Origin: Eledone cirrhosa
Taxonomy: Eukaryota
Direction of reading: 5' to 3'
Assembly: GCA_964016885.1 (NCBI GenBank)
Contig: OZ024761.1
Coordinates: 17,360,001-17,424,000, forward strand
DNA length: 64,000 nucleotides
The translations under genes were made by a program, and so were the position numbers. This document shows, in pieces, positions 1 through 14,065 of the stretch; the first letter of the stretch is position 1; each line of letters opens with the position of its first letter. Below the pieces are notes generated by a model. That model searched no databases and was not told the origin of the DNA. It worked only from the letters and a program-made list of their open reading frames with translations.

Positions 1-13
1 GTATATATGTATA

Positions 14-323
14 TCATCATCATTTCATTTTATGTCCACTTTTCCCTGCTTGCAAGGGTGGGACGGGAACTGATTCTGGCTTGATTTCTACAGCTGGATG
101 CCCTTCCTAACACCAACCTCATTTACAGTGAGTGCTGGGTGCTTTTTTTGCTGTGGCACCTCCACGACCACTTTGCAGTGGAATGATAGGGACCCCAGTC
201 CCTATCATCTCATTTCTACAGCTGAGTAAACTGGAGCAATGTGAAATAAAGTGCCTTGCTCAAGGAAACAACACATCACCCGGTCTGAGAATTGAACTCA
301 CAACCTTTTGATTGCAAGGCCAA
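14..323 (-). mobile_element. SINE family S1 copy
   Basis: Reverse complement of 26320-26627. Confidence 0.85.
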
Positions 324-1262
324 TGTATATATATATGTATATATGTATATATGGCTAAAGAAAGTAATTGGGACACGTAAATAGGGGGAACGAGCGAGAC
401 AGTAAACAAACAAAGATGGTAATGCAACGAAAAGTGAGGAAGAAAAAGTAAAGTCCCTGAAATCGATGAACATAAGTTCTGTGAAATCGTAGACGAGAGA
501 GAATAAAGACCATCAAACCTGCTCGAAATCTGAGTGAGGAAAGAATTTCGCACAGGTCAAACGGGAGGAAGTAGGAGAGGGAGTAGCAGAGAGTGGGTGA
601 GTGAAAGTGTGAGGAAGAGGCTAACAGAGAGAGTGACTGACAGAGGGGGTAAAAAGAAAGTAAGAGATACAGAGAAAGGGGAAGCAGTAAGAAAGAAACA
701 GACGGGTCACAGCGGAGGAAAATATATAAATATATGAAAAATATGAAAATATGGCGTGCTGCGTGGTTGCAAATGGGTTTCATATGAATAAATTTAGTCC
801 TTCATCAGTGATCTTCCAGCCTTCATTGGTATTTCATCGCTTTAAAGACCATATACTTCTGGTTGGTGCGAGCAACAATATATATATGTATGTATATATA
901 TATATATATAATAACTAGAAATTGATTAACATATAAATAAATATGATTAATCATATTATAAGGTATCTATTTTTGAAGTTCTGGTCAACTTTACTTAGTT
1001 ACCTACCTAGCTATGTGTGGTTACACACTTGTAAAAATTATCTCCTGTGATTATTCATGTTTATTTATATGTTAATCAATCTCTAGTTATTATAAAATGC
1101 TCGGACCTACTCGTTAGAATCTTAGAGCTTATTTTGCGGATGATATGGCGCATATCTTTCTGGCATGACACCCATAATTTTGATTTAGATTAAATTCATT
1201 TGATTTATCTTAATTTTGGATATAGATATATATATATATATATGTGTGTGTGTATATATATA

Positions 1263-1305
<43 letters not shown>

Positions 1306-1310
<5 letters not shown>

Positions 1311-1700
1311 GAATAAAAGATGGTTAAAAGAGTTCCATGTATTTTATTATGCGCATTTCAAAAACAAATATCATCATGCAATAATATTTGTGTTTTCATC
1401 AGATAAAACAGGAAGACATGATATGAAGGTTAAAAAAACATGATATGAAGGTTTAAAACTGCACTATCCACAAGTGTTTTTTTAACCTTCATATCATGTC
1501 TTCCTGTTTTATCTGATGAAAACACAAATATTATTGCATGATGATATTTGTTTTTGAAATGCGCATTATAAAATACATGGAACTCTTTTAACCATCTTTT
1601 GTTCTTATATATTATGTATACTCCAGTCCTACAAACTGTAGAGTGCTTCTTATCCGATATCTGCATTGCTTTATTGAACTACAATAAAACTCACCTCCTA
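1306..1700 (+). mobile_element. Fold-back Penelope-like pLTR remnant in (TA)n
   Basis: ~130-bp inverted arms (about 1310-1440 and 1475-1606), hammerhead motif, unpaired 3' extension with ACTC..GAGTGCT, (TA)n on both sides. Confidence 0.65.
1507..1573 (+). ncRNA. Type I hammerhead ribozyme motif with palindromic mini stem III (mirror copy on - strand at ~1340-1410)
   Basis: TTTTAT-CTGATGA-AAACACAAATAT..ATATTTGTTTTT-GAAA-TGCGCA-TT-ATAAAA: stem I TTTTAT/ATAAAA, paired stem II, stem III ATGCGCAT, triplet AUU. Confidence 0.75.
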
Positions 1701-4019
1701 CATATATATATATATATATATACACATATATACAGAGAGAAAGAGAGAGAGGCTATATGGTGCTTTTTGTCATGGCACCAGCACTAACAAAGTGAACTAA
1801 GTGCTTCTTGATGTGCACCAGCACCTTACAGAATAGGCTGAGTGCATTTCAGCATGACACCTGCACTATTGCATTACAAAATGGGATGGGTGCATTTCAA
1901 CATGTCACCAGCAATACTGCCCATCAATCAACACCATAGCCCTCATTGTGTCTCAGACCTTATCCTCCCACCCCACCACCTTCTTTTCTCATTTTAATAT
2001 CTTCAAGATTTAGGAAGGTTTTATCATGTCACTACAAAGAAGTAGATGAATTTAGTTGTTAGTAGTTTCAACATTATTATTAAGGGTGGTGGATTGGCAG
2101 TATCGGTAGAGCGTCAGACACCATGCTTTGCAGCATAGAGTTATGGCCCTTTACATTCTGAGTTCAAATGCCGCCGAGGTTAACTTTGCCTTTCATCCTC
2201 CTTGTGCCTTGTGCCAAGAGTAGAAACAATTATATATTAGTAGATACTTTCTTAATCGTTAAGCATTTTGTCTTTTAGGCTGTGTCTCCATTTTATCCTC
2301 CCCCCATCAAATTGCTGGCCTTGTGCCTAACGTAGAAACAATTATTACATTACATTACAGAATGGGATGGATGCATTTTAACATGTCACCAGCAATACTG
2401 CCCATCAATCAACACCATAGCTCTCCAGTTTGAGACCTTACCTTACTTCCCTATTCTCCACCATCCCACCATCCCTGCCCTTCCTTCCTTTTTAATTTAA
2501 TATCTTTCAGATTTTCTAAGTACTTCCTTTCCTGGGTATATTTAAAGACTCTAAATATGAGATTGTGTGAACATTTGTCAAGAGATCCTTGTCTGCTGGT
2601 GTTGAAAGGCAGCAGTAATATTAGAATGAACTAAAACCTTATCTAGGAATGAGGCTTATTGAAACAGTTGTTGAACTTCATGGTTCAAGGTTAAGATGGT
2701 GGTGGTGGTGGTGGTGGTGGTGGTGGTGGTGGTGGTGGCGGCTTGTATTTGTAAAAAAAAAAAAAAAAAAAAAATTTCAATGTTACCTGTAATCTTACCT
2801 GCTATCAAGGTAGTGAGTGGTTTACCTGTAGCAGTGGGTGGGTGGGGGATGAGTTTTGTAGTTGTTGGTTGTGGTGGTGGTGGTGGTGGTGGTGGTAGTG
2901 GTGGTGGTGGTGGTAGTAGTGTTTGGTGGAGTGCTGGTGGTGATTGGTGTGTTTGATGTTTTCTAAACATAGCTTCTTCAATACTAAAACATTGACTACA
3001 TTAACATAAATTAATAACTTATGTTAATGAGATCAGGTGAATCCCAAGATAATGCTGACCATAGGATAATGACAGGATTTTTCTGTCAATATTATTTCAC
3101 TTTTTCCTGACCAAATGGCTCTGTCCATATTTGGATAAATTTTCACAGTAGTTATAGGGTTGCGAGGACCCTTCATCTGTGTCAGCACCCTCCCTGGTGC
3201 TGGTGCCATGATAATAATTGTTTCTGATCTAGGCAAATGGACAACTATTTTGGGAGAGGGAAAGTTGATTAAATCGACCCCAGTACATTACTGGTACTTT
3301 ATTTTATCTACCCCATAATAATGGCTTCTGATTTAAGCACAAGGCCAACAATTTTTCTGGGTGTCTGGGGTTCAATTTAATTGACCTCAGTGCATTACTA
3401 GTACTTTATTTTATCGGCCCCGTATGGATGAAAAGCAAGGCTAACCTTGGCAGGATTTGAACTCAGAATTGTATGCTACCAAGCATGTTGTCTGATGCTC
3501 TACTGATTTTACCAATCCACTACCCTAAGTGCCATAATAATAATTGTTTCGACTTTTGGCACAAGGCCAGCAATTAACCCAGTACATTACTGGTGCTTTA
3601 TTTTATCAACCCCGTAAGGATAAAAGGCAAAGTTAACCTCGGCAGGATTTGAACTCAGAACGTAAAGGGCTGTAACTCTATGCGGTAAAGCATATTGTCC
3701 AACGCTCTACTAGCACCCAGTACATACTGTAAAATGCTTGGAACATATGTAAGCCCTTTCTGTCCCTCTTGTGAAGGCAGTGACTCCAACAGTCTGTTTG
3801 TTGATTTGGTGATTGGACAACATGTCCTACCTATGCTAGCATGGAAAAGTGGACATTAAATGATGATGTTGATGATTATAATGGTGACAATAATTGGGGT
3901 AGGGGGTGTTAGTAAGATCACTTCAACTGTTTTACAGCGTAAAAGCATTCGGTAGGTGCAGGAAGGATCATTGTTTTAACTGTCTTATTCAATGAGGGAA
4001 GACCAATACTGATATTATA

Positions 4020-4240
4020 ATATACCCCTAATAAGGCTAAAATACTTCTGATAAGGCTAATGTACCTCTGATAAGGCTAATGTACCCTTAATAAGGCTAA
4101 TGTACCTCTGATAAGGCTGATGTACCCCTAGTAAGGCTAATGTACCCCTAATAAGGCTAATGTACCCCTAATATGGATAATATAGCCCTAATATGACTAC
4201 TATAGCCCTAATACGGCTAATATACTCTTAATAAGGCCAA
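4020..4240. repeat. 20-bp minisatellite
   Basis: ATAAGGCTAATGTACCCCTA, about 11 copies. Confidence 0.85.
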
Positions 4241-4396
4241 ACCAACATGTCTATAATCGTTATTTATTATTCATGAACTAAGAAGGTAGACGTAAACAAC
4301 AACAACAACAACAAATCGTGGATAAATTTTCTACTTGAGATAATGTTTCAAATATATTATATATATACATACATACACACATCCCATACAATTATG

Positions 4397-4449
<53 letters not shown>

Positions 4450-5060
4450 TTTTGTTATCAAAGGATAGATTTTTATTAGCGATTTCAGTAATATATAATG
4501 TTGTTGTTGTTGTTGGTATCATAACCACCACCACCACCACCATCATTATTATCATGAAGAGGATCATCATCATTGTTGTTCTTGTTGTCAATTCTCCGTT
4601 TCAATAAGTCTGTTTAATATCTTCCTGGTTCTGGTGTCTCGGCCTGGGCCATTGGAGCGTATCTGACAAGGAAACACACTCAAAGTAATGTATAATATTA
4701 TCCCCCGTCCACCCCCGTCCACCCTCCCCTTCATCACCACCACTCACCCACCCAAGAAGCATTAGTGATTCGTGTCTCTCAAAGACAACCTCTCACAAAA
4801 CTTGACCTCATCTCAACTCACACAACACGACACATATTTCAAAATTTGAAACATTCGCGAAGGATACAAGATTGCTAGCGGCATTTGGAGTCTGTGTGGC
4901 ACTTTAGGGAGCACTGTATAAGGGACACTCTGGCATTTGGAGTCTGTGAGGGACACTCTGTGTCGGGGCCCTCTGTCAAGTGGGGAAAAGATTCTGATGA
5001 CACAAATGGCAATGGGAGGGGAAAAAGTTAAACAATGTTTCTATCAACTTTGAAAGAGAT

Positions 5061-5276
5061 TTAACCCTTTAACATTTACAGTACTCTATATATACTATTG
5101 CATTTTCACAGTAAAGGCTTTACCTCACATAATATCAAATCTATGAGATTTTTATATTATTTATTTTGAGAACAATACCTTAACATCAATATGAGTGGCC
5201 AGTTACAGCTGCTTTGAGCAGAAAGATATGAGAGAATTCTGGCCAAATATGGCTGATTTAAATGCTAAAGGGTTAA
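5061..5276. mobile_element. piggyBac-type MITE
   Basis: TTAA-CCCTTTAACATTTA...TAAATGCTAAAGGG-TTAA: TTAA target duplication and CCC/GGG termini. Confidence 0.85.
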
Positions 5277-6043
5277 GACATTTTTTGTTATCATTGTTGT
5301 TGTTCCCTTTACACTGTTAAAGTAAAGACAGAACGGTCTTGAAGTGTCTTGTGTAGAGTTTAGTGGACAATCTTGGTACAGGATCTAATGTGGACTTTAC
5401 TGAATAATCTGGAATAGGAGCTTACATGGAATGTACATGCTGGATTTTACACAACTTTTTTACCATTAACCACTTACAACTGACCAAAATGTATTGTAAA
5501 ACTCAGGTAAATCAATCATTCTTATTGTAGCAGTAATTCATTTGGTTTAGCTACTTATAACTTTGTGTGTGTATATGTGTATCTATATGCAGAGCCTATG
5601 AGAGGAGTGTCCAGTCAGTACTTTGTTCCAGCAGCCATGCAACATCCATTTTGAGAAAAATGTTTGCCTGCTTGGGGCTCCAAAGAGGTCTTGTATCACC
5701 TTGCAAAATTTCTCTTGGAAACCCTGTCTATTTGTATGTGCGTGTATATATGTATATATGTGTGCGTGTGTGTGTGTGGTGTTCACTCTGAGGAGAAATT
5801 TATTAATTACTCTATCATCGAGTGCTTGTGACAGTCTTCGAAAGTCAGATGCAAATCTGCTACTTGCAGCTGCAACTTCGATTATACTCATTACTATTAT
5901 ATATATATATATATGTAGATAAATCTACCAAAATATACGGTAGTGTCCAATCCATATGAAGAACTCAATGTAATCCAAATATCATGAAAAGAGAAGATGC
6001 ATTCAAAAGTTTTCGATGAAAATCCCAGGAAAACAGAGTCAAG

Positions 6044-6426
6044 ATAAATTAATAAAAACAATGAATAAAAACAAAGAACAAGTTCCTTATATTAAAAAAT
6101 TCATCATTTTACGATTGTTTCTAGGATATATATGTGTGTTGGTATGTATATCATATAGATCTATGTAAAAAATTTACAAACTATCAGAGGAAATATACAT
6201 ACCTTCACATATATATGCTGTCTTCAGAAATAATGATTATTTCTGAAGACAGCATATATATGTGAAGGTATGTATATTTCCTCTGATAGTTTGTAAATTT
6301 TTTACATAGATCTATATGATATACATACCAACACACATATATATCCTAGAAACAATCGTAAAATGATGAATTTTTTAATATAAGGAACTTGTTCTTTGTT
6401 TTTATTCATTGTTTTTATTAATTTAT
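6044..6426. repeat. Apparently perfect palindrome, 191-bp arms, 1-nt spacer (G6235); part of an insertion spanning ~5917-6426
   Basis: ...TCTTCAGAAATAAT-G-ATTATTTCTGAAGA...; arms are complementary out to ATAAATTAATAAAAAC/GTTTTTATTAATTTAT. Confidence 0.9.
6236..6367 (+). ncRNA. Hammerhead motif with a ~100-nt stem II (mirror copy on - strand)
   Basis: ATTATTT-CTGAAGA-[ATATATATGTG..GGTATGTATAT...ATATACATACC..CACATATATAT]-GAAAC-AATC-GTA-AAATGAT; base of stem II is mismatched. Confidence 0.6.
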
Positions 6427-6780
6427 ATATATATATATATATGTATGCAAAAGGCAAACAGAAATAAAGCAAACAACACAGTACAATGAAGAAGTATATT
6501 AGTTTTACACACCATATAGCAGGAAAAGAGTCATATATATATATATATATATCCACATCACATATAATTTGATTCCATCTCTTCATATATATATATTGTT
6601 ATCTAGCCTGAAAGTCTTTTCGTTGCTTCGGTGTTGTGGCTAGGCTTGCCTACCATGTCCTGCTATCTAACATATGTTATTACTCTGAGCACAGCTCATC
6701 GAGTGCTTGGCTGCATAATTCCTGATTGTATTTCGTTAGCTTGGCTACAACCAAAACTTTGATTATACTAAACTTCCATT

Positions 6781-6817
<37 letters not shown>

Positions 6818-7368
6818 ATATGCTTTGTAGCATATAGTTACATCCCATTTTATTCCGAGTTCAAATCCAGCCGAGGTTAGCTTTGCCTTTCATCCTTACA
6901 AGATTGATAAAATAAAGTACCAGTATTGCATTGGGGTTCATTTAATCCACTTCTCCGCTCCCAAAGTTGTTGGCCTTGTGTCTAAATCAGAAACCGTTAC
7001 TATATTCGTACTTTCAATGAATATGATTCAGGCAGGTTTTGACATAAAATTTTGGAGCAAAAAAAGAAGTCTGTTTTATACATGAGAAGATATGGTGTGT
7101 GTGTATGTGTGTGTATATGTATATACACAAAGTAGTATAGTTTATATATGAAGTATTATGAAATAGGTGGGTTTTAGTTGTTTTGGGAAACCTAATACAA
7201 TGCACATTAGAAATATTGCCTCAAAAACTCCTGTCCAGCCCATGCCAGCATGGAAATGTCAACATAAAAAAATGATGATGAAGAAGATATATAGAATGTC
7301 TATGGTGCTAGAACCGAGAAGACCACAGATCAAGGTAGTACTCAATACATGATGAAATGCAGAGGGTG

Positions 7369-7547
7369 TATGAGGGTCAGCTGTAAAGTTCATAAATGAC
7401 CAAATGGGGTTTATTTTTCAATATAGTCCTTGGAAAGAAACAATACAGTTATTAATAAGAAGAGTTGAAATTAATGCACGCAACATTTCCCAGCTCTAGC
7501 ATCACTTTCTCATAGTCAGCCTATGAACTTTTCAGCCTACATTCGTA
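7369..7547. mobile_element. mariner-like MITE; relatives at ~37740-37925 and ~51848-51960
   Basis: TATGAGGGTCAGCTGTAAAGTTCATA...TATGAACTTTTCAGCCTACATTCGTA; internal GGAAAGAAACAAT.CAGTTATTAAT shared by the three copies. Confidence 0.65.
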
Positions 7548-7671
7548 TATTTCCGCAGATATCAATATCTTAAAACGCTTTTTTAAAATGTACTTGTGGA
7601 AATCAAGTAGAAATGGCTGGGTTGATCATGGGGACTCTGCTGCATCTTTATTTAAATAAATATATATATCT

Positions 7672-7887
7672 TTAACCCTTTCGCATTTACATTACTCTAT
7701 GTATACTATTTTATTTTCACGGTAAAGACTTTATCTCACATAATATCGAATCTATGAGATTTTGATAGTATTTGTTTTGAGAACAATACCTTAACATCAG
7801 CATGAGCAGCTGGTTACAGCCAGTTTGAACAGAAAAAGGTGAAAGAATTCTGGCCAGATACAGCTGATTTAAATGCTAAAGAGTTAA
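7672..7887. mobile_element. piggyBac-type MITE, same family
   Basis: TTAA-CCCTTTCGCATTTA...TAAATGCTAAAGAG-TTAA, same internal sequence. Confidence 0.82.
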
Positions 7888-8074
7888 GTGTGTGTTGTAG
7901 TTAGGTTGGGGCTTTGTGTTAGTATATAAAGTAGTTTGTTATTTGAAGGTTATAACAATGCAAAATAGATGGTGGATTTTGGAATAAATTGAAGGCAACA
8001 AAGATGTTGGTGTGTCACCTGTTATTTTATTTACCTGTTCTAATATTTTGCTCTCTCTCTCTCTCTCTCTCTCT

Positions 8075-8107
<33 letters not shown>

Positions 8108-8299
8108 GACAGTAAAATTCTGTTATAATAAAATTCACAGAGTATAAAATAAAATTCATTGTAACAAAAAATTCTTTATAACGAGATCGACTGAAACAAA
8201 TCAAACATTTGTTTGTTATTACCTTGGGGATTAAAAAAATTTTGTTATACCGAAAAATTCGTTATAATGGTATTTGTTATAACAGAATTTTACCTGTAT
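8108..8299. mobile_element. Tigger-like MITE
   Basis: CAGTAAAATTCTGTTATAA...TTATAACAGAATTTTACCTGTA inverted termini with internal TTATAAC repeats. Confidence 0.65.
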
Positions 8300-8460
8300 A
8301 TATATATATATATAGTAATAGTAATAGATATGTGAAAATATCTTGTTTAAAGAATTTTTCGTTACAACTTTTCTTATACTTCATGAATTTCGTTATAATG
8401 GAATTTCACTGTATATATATATTTATCATATTTATTTATTTTTCACAAATTCTTTGACAG

Positions 8461-8637
8461 GTTTTCTATGACATTGGATGCATAAACCCTTTAAAACGCT
8501 TGGCAAGTAGCCCCAATGCAACTGCCTCTAAATTAGCCATTGAAGCTTTAAGAATTATCGGTGAAGAAATTCCTCATAAACTTACCCAGCAAGTCCCATT
8601 GTGGACAGCAGAAGATGTCTCATATTGGGTCAACCAG
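8461..8637 (+). CDS. SARM1: SARM1 exon: end of ARM region and start of SAM1
   Basis: tttgacag|GTT...CAG|gtgagt; translates [59 protein letters not shown], matching the SARM1/TIR-1/Ect4 ARM-SAM junction (GEEIP..L...VPLW...V..W); phase 0/0. Confidence 0.95.
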
Positions 8638-9626
8638 GTGAGTTAGAAATTCTATTCCTAAAACAAAAACGAAAAAAAAAACAAAAAAAACCCCAGCACA
8701 CACACACACCCCACACACGTGTTCTCCTTCTCCTCAGCGCCTTCACAATGAACAACACCACTTAACAATTACTAGTGCATCTGCAGCACAACGCACCTGT
8801 AATATTACTACTATTATTATTTTTATTATTATTATTATTGGATTGGCAAAGGGCGGTGGATTGGCAAAAGGCGGTGGATTGGCAGGATTGGTAGAGCATC
8901 GGACACCATGCTTCGCGGTATAGAGTTATGTCCCTTTACGTTCTGAGTTCAAATCCCGCCAAGGTTAGGTTTGCCTTTCATCCTTACAGGGTTTGATAAA
9001 ATAAAGTACCAGTAACACACTGGGGGTCGATTTAATCAACTTTTCCCTTCCCCTTCAAATTGCTGGCCAAAAGTAGAAACAATTATTATTATTATTTACT
9101 TACACCTACTACTACTACTATATATTGTTGTTGTTGTTGTTGTTGTGTGTTAACTGAACTTGCTACAAACTTTGATTGATTTGTGTGTTGTGGGTATTTT
9201 CACTGTTACACGTTTACCCACCATTTATCGAGTTTCTATTAAATGTTTTTTTTTTTATTTTTGTTGTTGTTCTTAAAGAAAGAAAAGCAAAGAGAAAAAA
9301 AATGATAAATAAATAAATAAATAAAAATAAAATTCGAAGAAGAAAAATAAAGCAAAAAAAAAAAAAATTCAAGCAAACAAACATACAAACAAACATTGAG
9401 ATCGACTCCTCCTTGTAGTAGAAACTACATTTGTGGGATCTCTCACTGGAATTTGAATCCATGGGTGGCTTCTTTGTTAAAAAAACACATAGTTTATGCC
9501 AATTATTTTTATAATCAAGTGTTGAATGTTTTCTAGCCATATTGATTAGGTAACCATGAAACCTGATTTTATATATACATATATATATATGTCTGTCTGT
9601 AATATATATATGTATGTATATATGTA

Positions 9627-9669
<43 letters not shown>

Positions 9670-9853
9670 CGAAGGAAGTGTGGTAAGGAACCAGGTGGAC
9701 CATAACGCACCAAAGTACTCAATACTTGAGGTAGTAGAGTGGGTAATAGGAACCAGTAAGACCCCGACAGCTGAGCTCAAGCCGTTTCGACGGCTAATTC
9801 GACGGCTAATCCGTCGAAACGGCTTGAGCTCAGCTGTCGGGGTCTTACTGGTT

Positions 9854-9988
<135 letters not shown>

Positions 9989-10021
9989 GTGTATATATAT
10001 ATATATACATATATATACATA

Positions 10022-10054
<33 letters not shown>

Positions 10055-10489
10055 GTATATATGTATGTAGCTTATATGAAGCATAGTAAGATATATGTGG
10101 TTAAGATTGTTTTGGAAAGGCCAGTACAATGCAAGTCTGAAATGCAAGAGTGAAATAAAGTGAGAAAAACAAAGCAAAACAAAACATTAGTTTACACTTT
10201 TACCTTTATTTCATGACATTTTGAAGTTAGGGACCTTTTTCAAAACTATATATATATCCATGCTAGCGTGGAAGATGGACATTAAACAATGATGATGATA
10301 ATATATATATATATATATATACTATAAGGATAAAGGAACAAAGAGTCAGTGTTGCATCATAACATATTTAATAACATATTACATATGTTTCACTGTCGAT
10401 CAGCTCGAGGAACAATCTATTATTGATCGAACCACAATTTTCTTGCACCTATACACCTATATATATATATATATATATATATTTAATTT

Positions 10490-10542
<53 letters not shown>

Positions 10543-10853
10543 TATATATATCCAAAATCAAATTAAGGGTGTCATGTCCGAGAGACATGCACCATATCCA
10601 CTGTAGAATATGCTCAAAGATTCCAATGAATAGATCCGAACATTTTATATCAACTAGAAATTATTCCCTGTGATTGTTTCATATATATATATATATGTCA
10701 ATCAATTTCTAGTTGATATATGTATATATATATATATATATAAGTATGTGGCTGATGGATGAGAGAAAAGAGTACTCAATACCGAAATAGAGTTTTAATA
10801 TTTTATTAAGACTAAATAGTGAGTCTTGTTACTCTGGAGTTTCGCCTGTTTAT

Positions 10854-10890
<37 letters not shown>

Positions 10891-10905
10891 TGTATGTGAT
10901 TCAGG

Positions 10906-11728
10906 GAATTACTAGTGGTGGTACTAATGATATGAGTACTTGATGCACGAGCAGAGTGTTTATATTAAGAAAAAGGATGAAGTTTCATTTACACGTATTT
11001 GTTTTTATTATCAGTCTTACAAGCAGATTGATACTGGACTCTGGTCCATGACTTCCATAGGTGACCTTGAGCCAATCCTCTGTGAAACACATGTAACAGA
11101 TCGATACACAATAAAAACATAAAAACATAAACACATGTAAACGAAACTTCATTGTTTTTTCTTATTATATATATACATATATATATATGCAAAAGGTAAA
11201 CAGAAATAACAAAGCAAATGACGCAGTACAATGAAGAATATATTAGTTTGATGCTTGATATAAGAGGAAAAGAATCTTTATGTTTTGGACACTAGTCCTT
11301 CATCAGTAGATAGAATGAATTACTAGTGGTGGTACTAATGATATGAGTACTTGATGCACGAGCAGAGTGTTTATATTAAGAAAAAGGATGAAGTTTCATT
11401 TACACGTATTTGTTTTTATTATCAGTCTTACAAGCAGATTGATACTGGACTCTGGTCCATGACTTCCATAGGTGACCTTGAGCCAATCCTCTGTGAAACA
11501 CATGTAACAGATCGATACACAATAAAAACATAAAAACATAAACACATGTAAACGAAACTTCATTGTTTTTTCTTATTATATATATACATATATATATATG
11601 CAAAAGGTAAACAGAAATAACAAAGCAAATGACGCAGTACAATGAAGAATATATTAGTTTGATGCTTGATATAAGAGGAAAAGAATCTTTATGTTTTGGA
11701 CACTAGTCCTTCATCAGTAGATAGAATG
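10906..11728. repeat. Apparently exact 411-bp tandem duplication
   Basis: Identical ORF pairs offset by 411 bp (10940/11351, 10989/11400); unit ends with GTCCTTCATCAG (CTGATGA on - strand). Confidence 0.9.
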
Positions 11729-12098
11729 AGAAATAAAAGATGAAATAGAAAGACAGAGAGTGAGAAGGAGAAGGAACGAAAGCACATTTTTTTGTTAAAA
11801 AAACACGTGTGTATTAGTCAGCCATTTTGGAAAAAATATCTATGTAAATATGTATGTAAATTGAATGTGGTGGATTGGCAGAATTATTAGAGCATTGTGA
11901 TTTTTTAGTTATGGCTCTGTATGTTTCTGAGTTCAAATACTGCTGAAGTCAACTTTGCCTTTTTCTCTTCTTGGGTTGATAAAATGAAGTACCAGTCCAG
12001 TACTGGAGGGGTCAATTTAATTGTCTAACCTCCCTCCCACACCAAATTTATGACTTTGTGCCTATGTTTATATATGTGTGTGTGTGTCTACCTATTAT

Positions 12099-12143
<45 letters not shown>

Positions 12144-12740
12144 GTTTTTGTTTTTCGTTGTTATTTTCTTCTTTTGTAAGTATTAATATATTTTGTAACT
12201 AACTAAATACATTTACTAAAGAATTAATCAAAAATAAATAAATACTCTAAACCCTTGATTTAACGGACTAATAGATGTGGGGGTGTCTGCTAATGACAAA
12301 AGTCTGTTAAATCAAAGGTGACCTAGGGGTCATTTTTATTGTTTTAATGTAAAAAAATCTTTAATATAATGTACTCTCGGGTCTTGAATAATTGTCACCC
12401 CACCTCCAACCTGCTTATTAAGTTTTCATATCCCCCCTCCCCCTCCACTCTTATTCTCTGTAGTATTTGTTCCCGCTCTTTACATTCCGAGTTCAAATCC
12501 TGCCGAGGTCATCTTTGCCTTTCATCCTTCCAGGGTCGATAAAATTAAGTATCAGTCAAGTACTGGGGTAGATATAATCGACTCCAACCCCACCAATTGC
12601 TGCTGCCAGTGTTAGAAAGAAATTATTATTTGGAGCATTAAATCTGGAATCTGTTAAATCGGGGTCTGTTAATCCGAGGGTTTACTGTATTAAACAGTTT
12701 TCTGGCACTTTATCAGTGTTTGTGTTTGTTGCTGTAACAT

Positions 12741-13032
12741 ACTATAAGACAAGTCTTTAGCAATCGCAACTATAAGACAAGTCTTTAGCAATCGCAACTA
12801 TAAGACAAGTCTTTAGCAATCACAACTATAAGACAAGTCTTTAGCTATCACAACTATAAGACAGGCCTTAGCCTTCACAATTATAAGACAAGTCTTTAGC
12901 CATCACAAATATAAAATATACCTCTAGATTTTAGCCATCAACTATAAAATAAACCTTTAATCTTTACAACTATAGACCAAACATGTAACCATTGCAACAA
13001 TAGAATAAACCTATAGATATTAGCCATCACAA
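12741..13032. repeat. 28-bp minisatellite, decaying to the right
   Basis: ACTATAAGACAAGTCTTTAGCAATCGCA repeats. Confidence 0.85.
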
Positions 13033-13209
13033 CTTCAGTGATCAGTTATGAATAGGCGGAGTGCTCACTGATGAGACTGCAATAACCTTTGAAACTATAA
13101 AGCCCAGCTGATCTTCCTTCTTTTATTTATTTATTATGTTATTATTATTTTTTTCTGTCCCCTGTCAAAACAAACAGACAGCTGTTTACGACTGTCCAAT
13201 CTATCTAAT

Positions 13210-13648
13210 TACCGTATATGCCGGCGTAGAAGTCAATCTGGCGCATAGGTCGACCACTAAAATTCTGAGGTGTAATTCAGGTTTAGGCCTATATTCACCA
13301 AATAAGACGACCCCCCCCCCCAAAAAAAAAAAAATTTAGTGGCGCGCTAAAGGCTAAGATACTGCTTCTGAAACACTTCAGTCGCAAGTGAGTTCTAACT
13401 CACTGAGTAAACTAGCCTAGCCTAACCTTAATGAACCTATGGTAACCTATTCTATGAATTATGGCAAGTCATTGATATTATTACTGAGTTATGGTAAGTG
13501 GTGTACAATGAGTGTTAGGCAGGCAGTTTCACTGTTTACCCTCAGTGGTAAAGATTCCCTTTTTATATTCGGCGGACAAGTCGACCCCTGGTTTGGGAGA
13601 GATATTTTTAGGCACCATATGTCGACTTGTAAGCCGGCATATACAGTA
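13210..13648. mobile_element. Tc1/pogo (Tigger-like) MITE; deleted relative at ~48995-49227
   Basis: TA-CCGTATATGCCGGCGTAGAAGTC...GACTTGTAAGCCGGCATATACAG-TA inverted termini. Confidence 0.75.
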
Positions 13649-13854
13649 ATTGTAATTAGTTTTCCATATGCACTGAAGGCTATAGTCTATAGGTTGGTTC
13701 TATAGGGTACTATAGGACAATGCTCTGTATATTATAGTATATTCTCTGTTCACAAGGTTGGCAGAAATATCTCCGTTTGAACTGTCTCACAATATATTAT
13801 CTGAACTTTGGTGAATTTTCAACCAACTCCATCTGTGATAAGATCAAATGTTTT

Positions 13855-13953
<99 letters not shown>

Positions 13954-13997
13954 ACCTTATCTTACAAACATGTCTGTTTTATATGTATATCTATCTA

Positions 13998-14061
<64 letters not shown>

Positions 14062-14065
<4 letters not shown>

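Noticed and set aside
1-8460. Possible upstream ARM-domain exons of SARM1
   Set aside because: No ARM-like coding segment with splice sites was found by eye; they probably lie upstream of the window.
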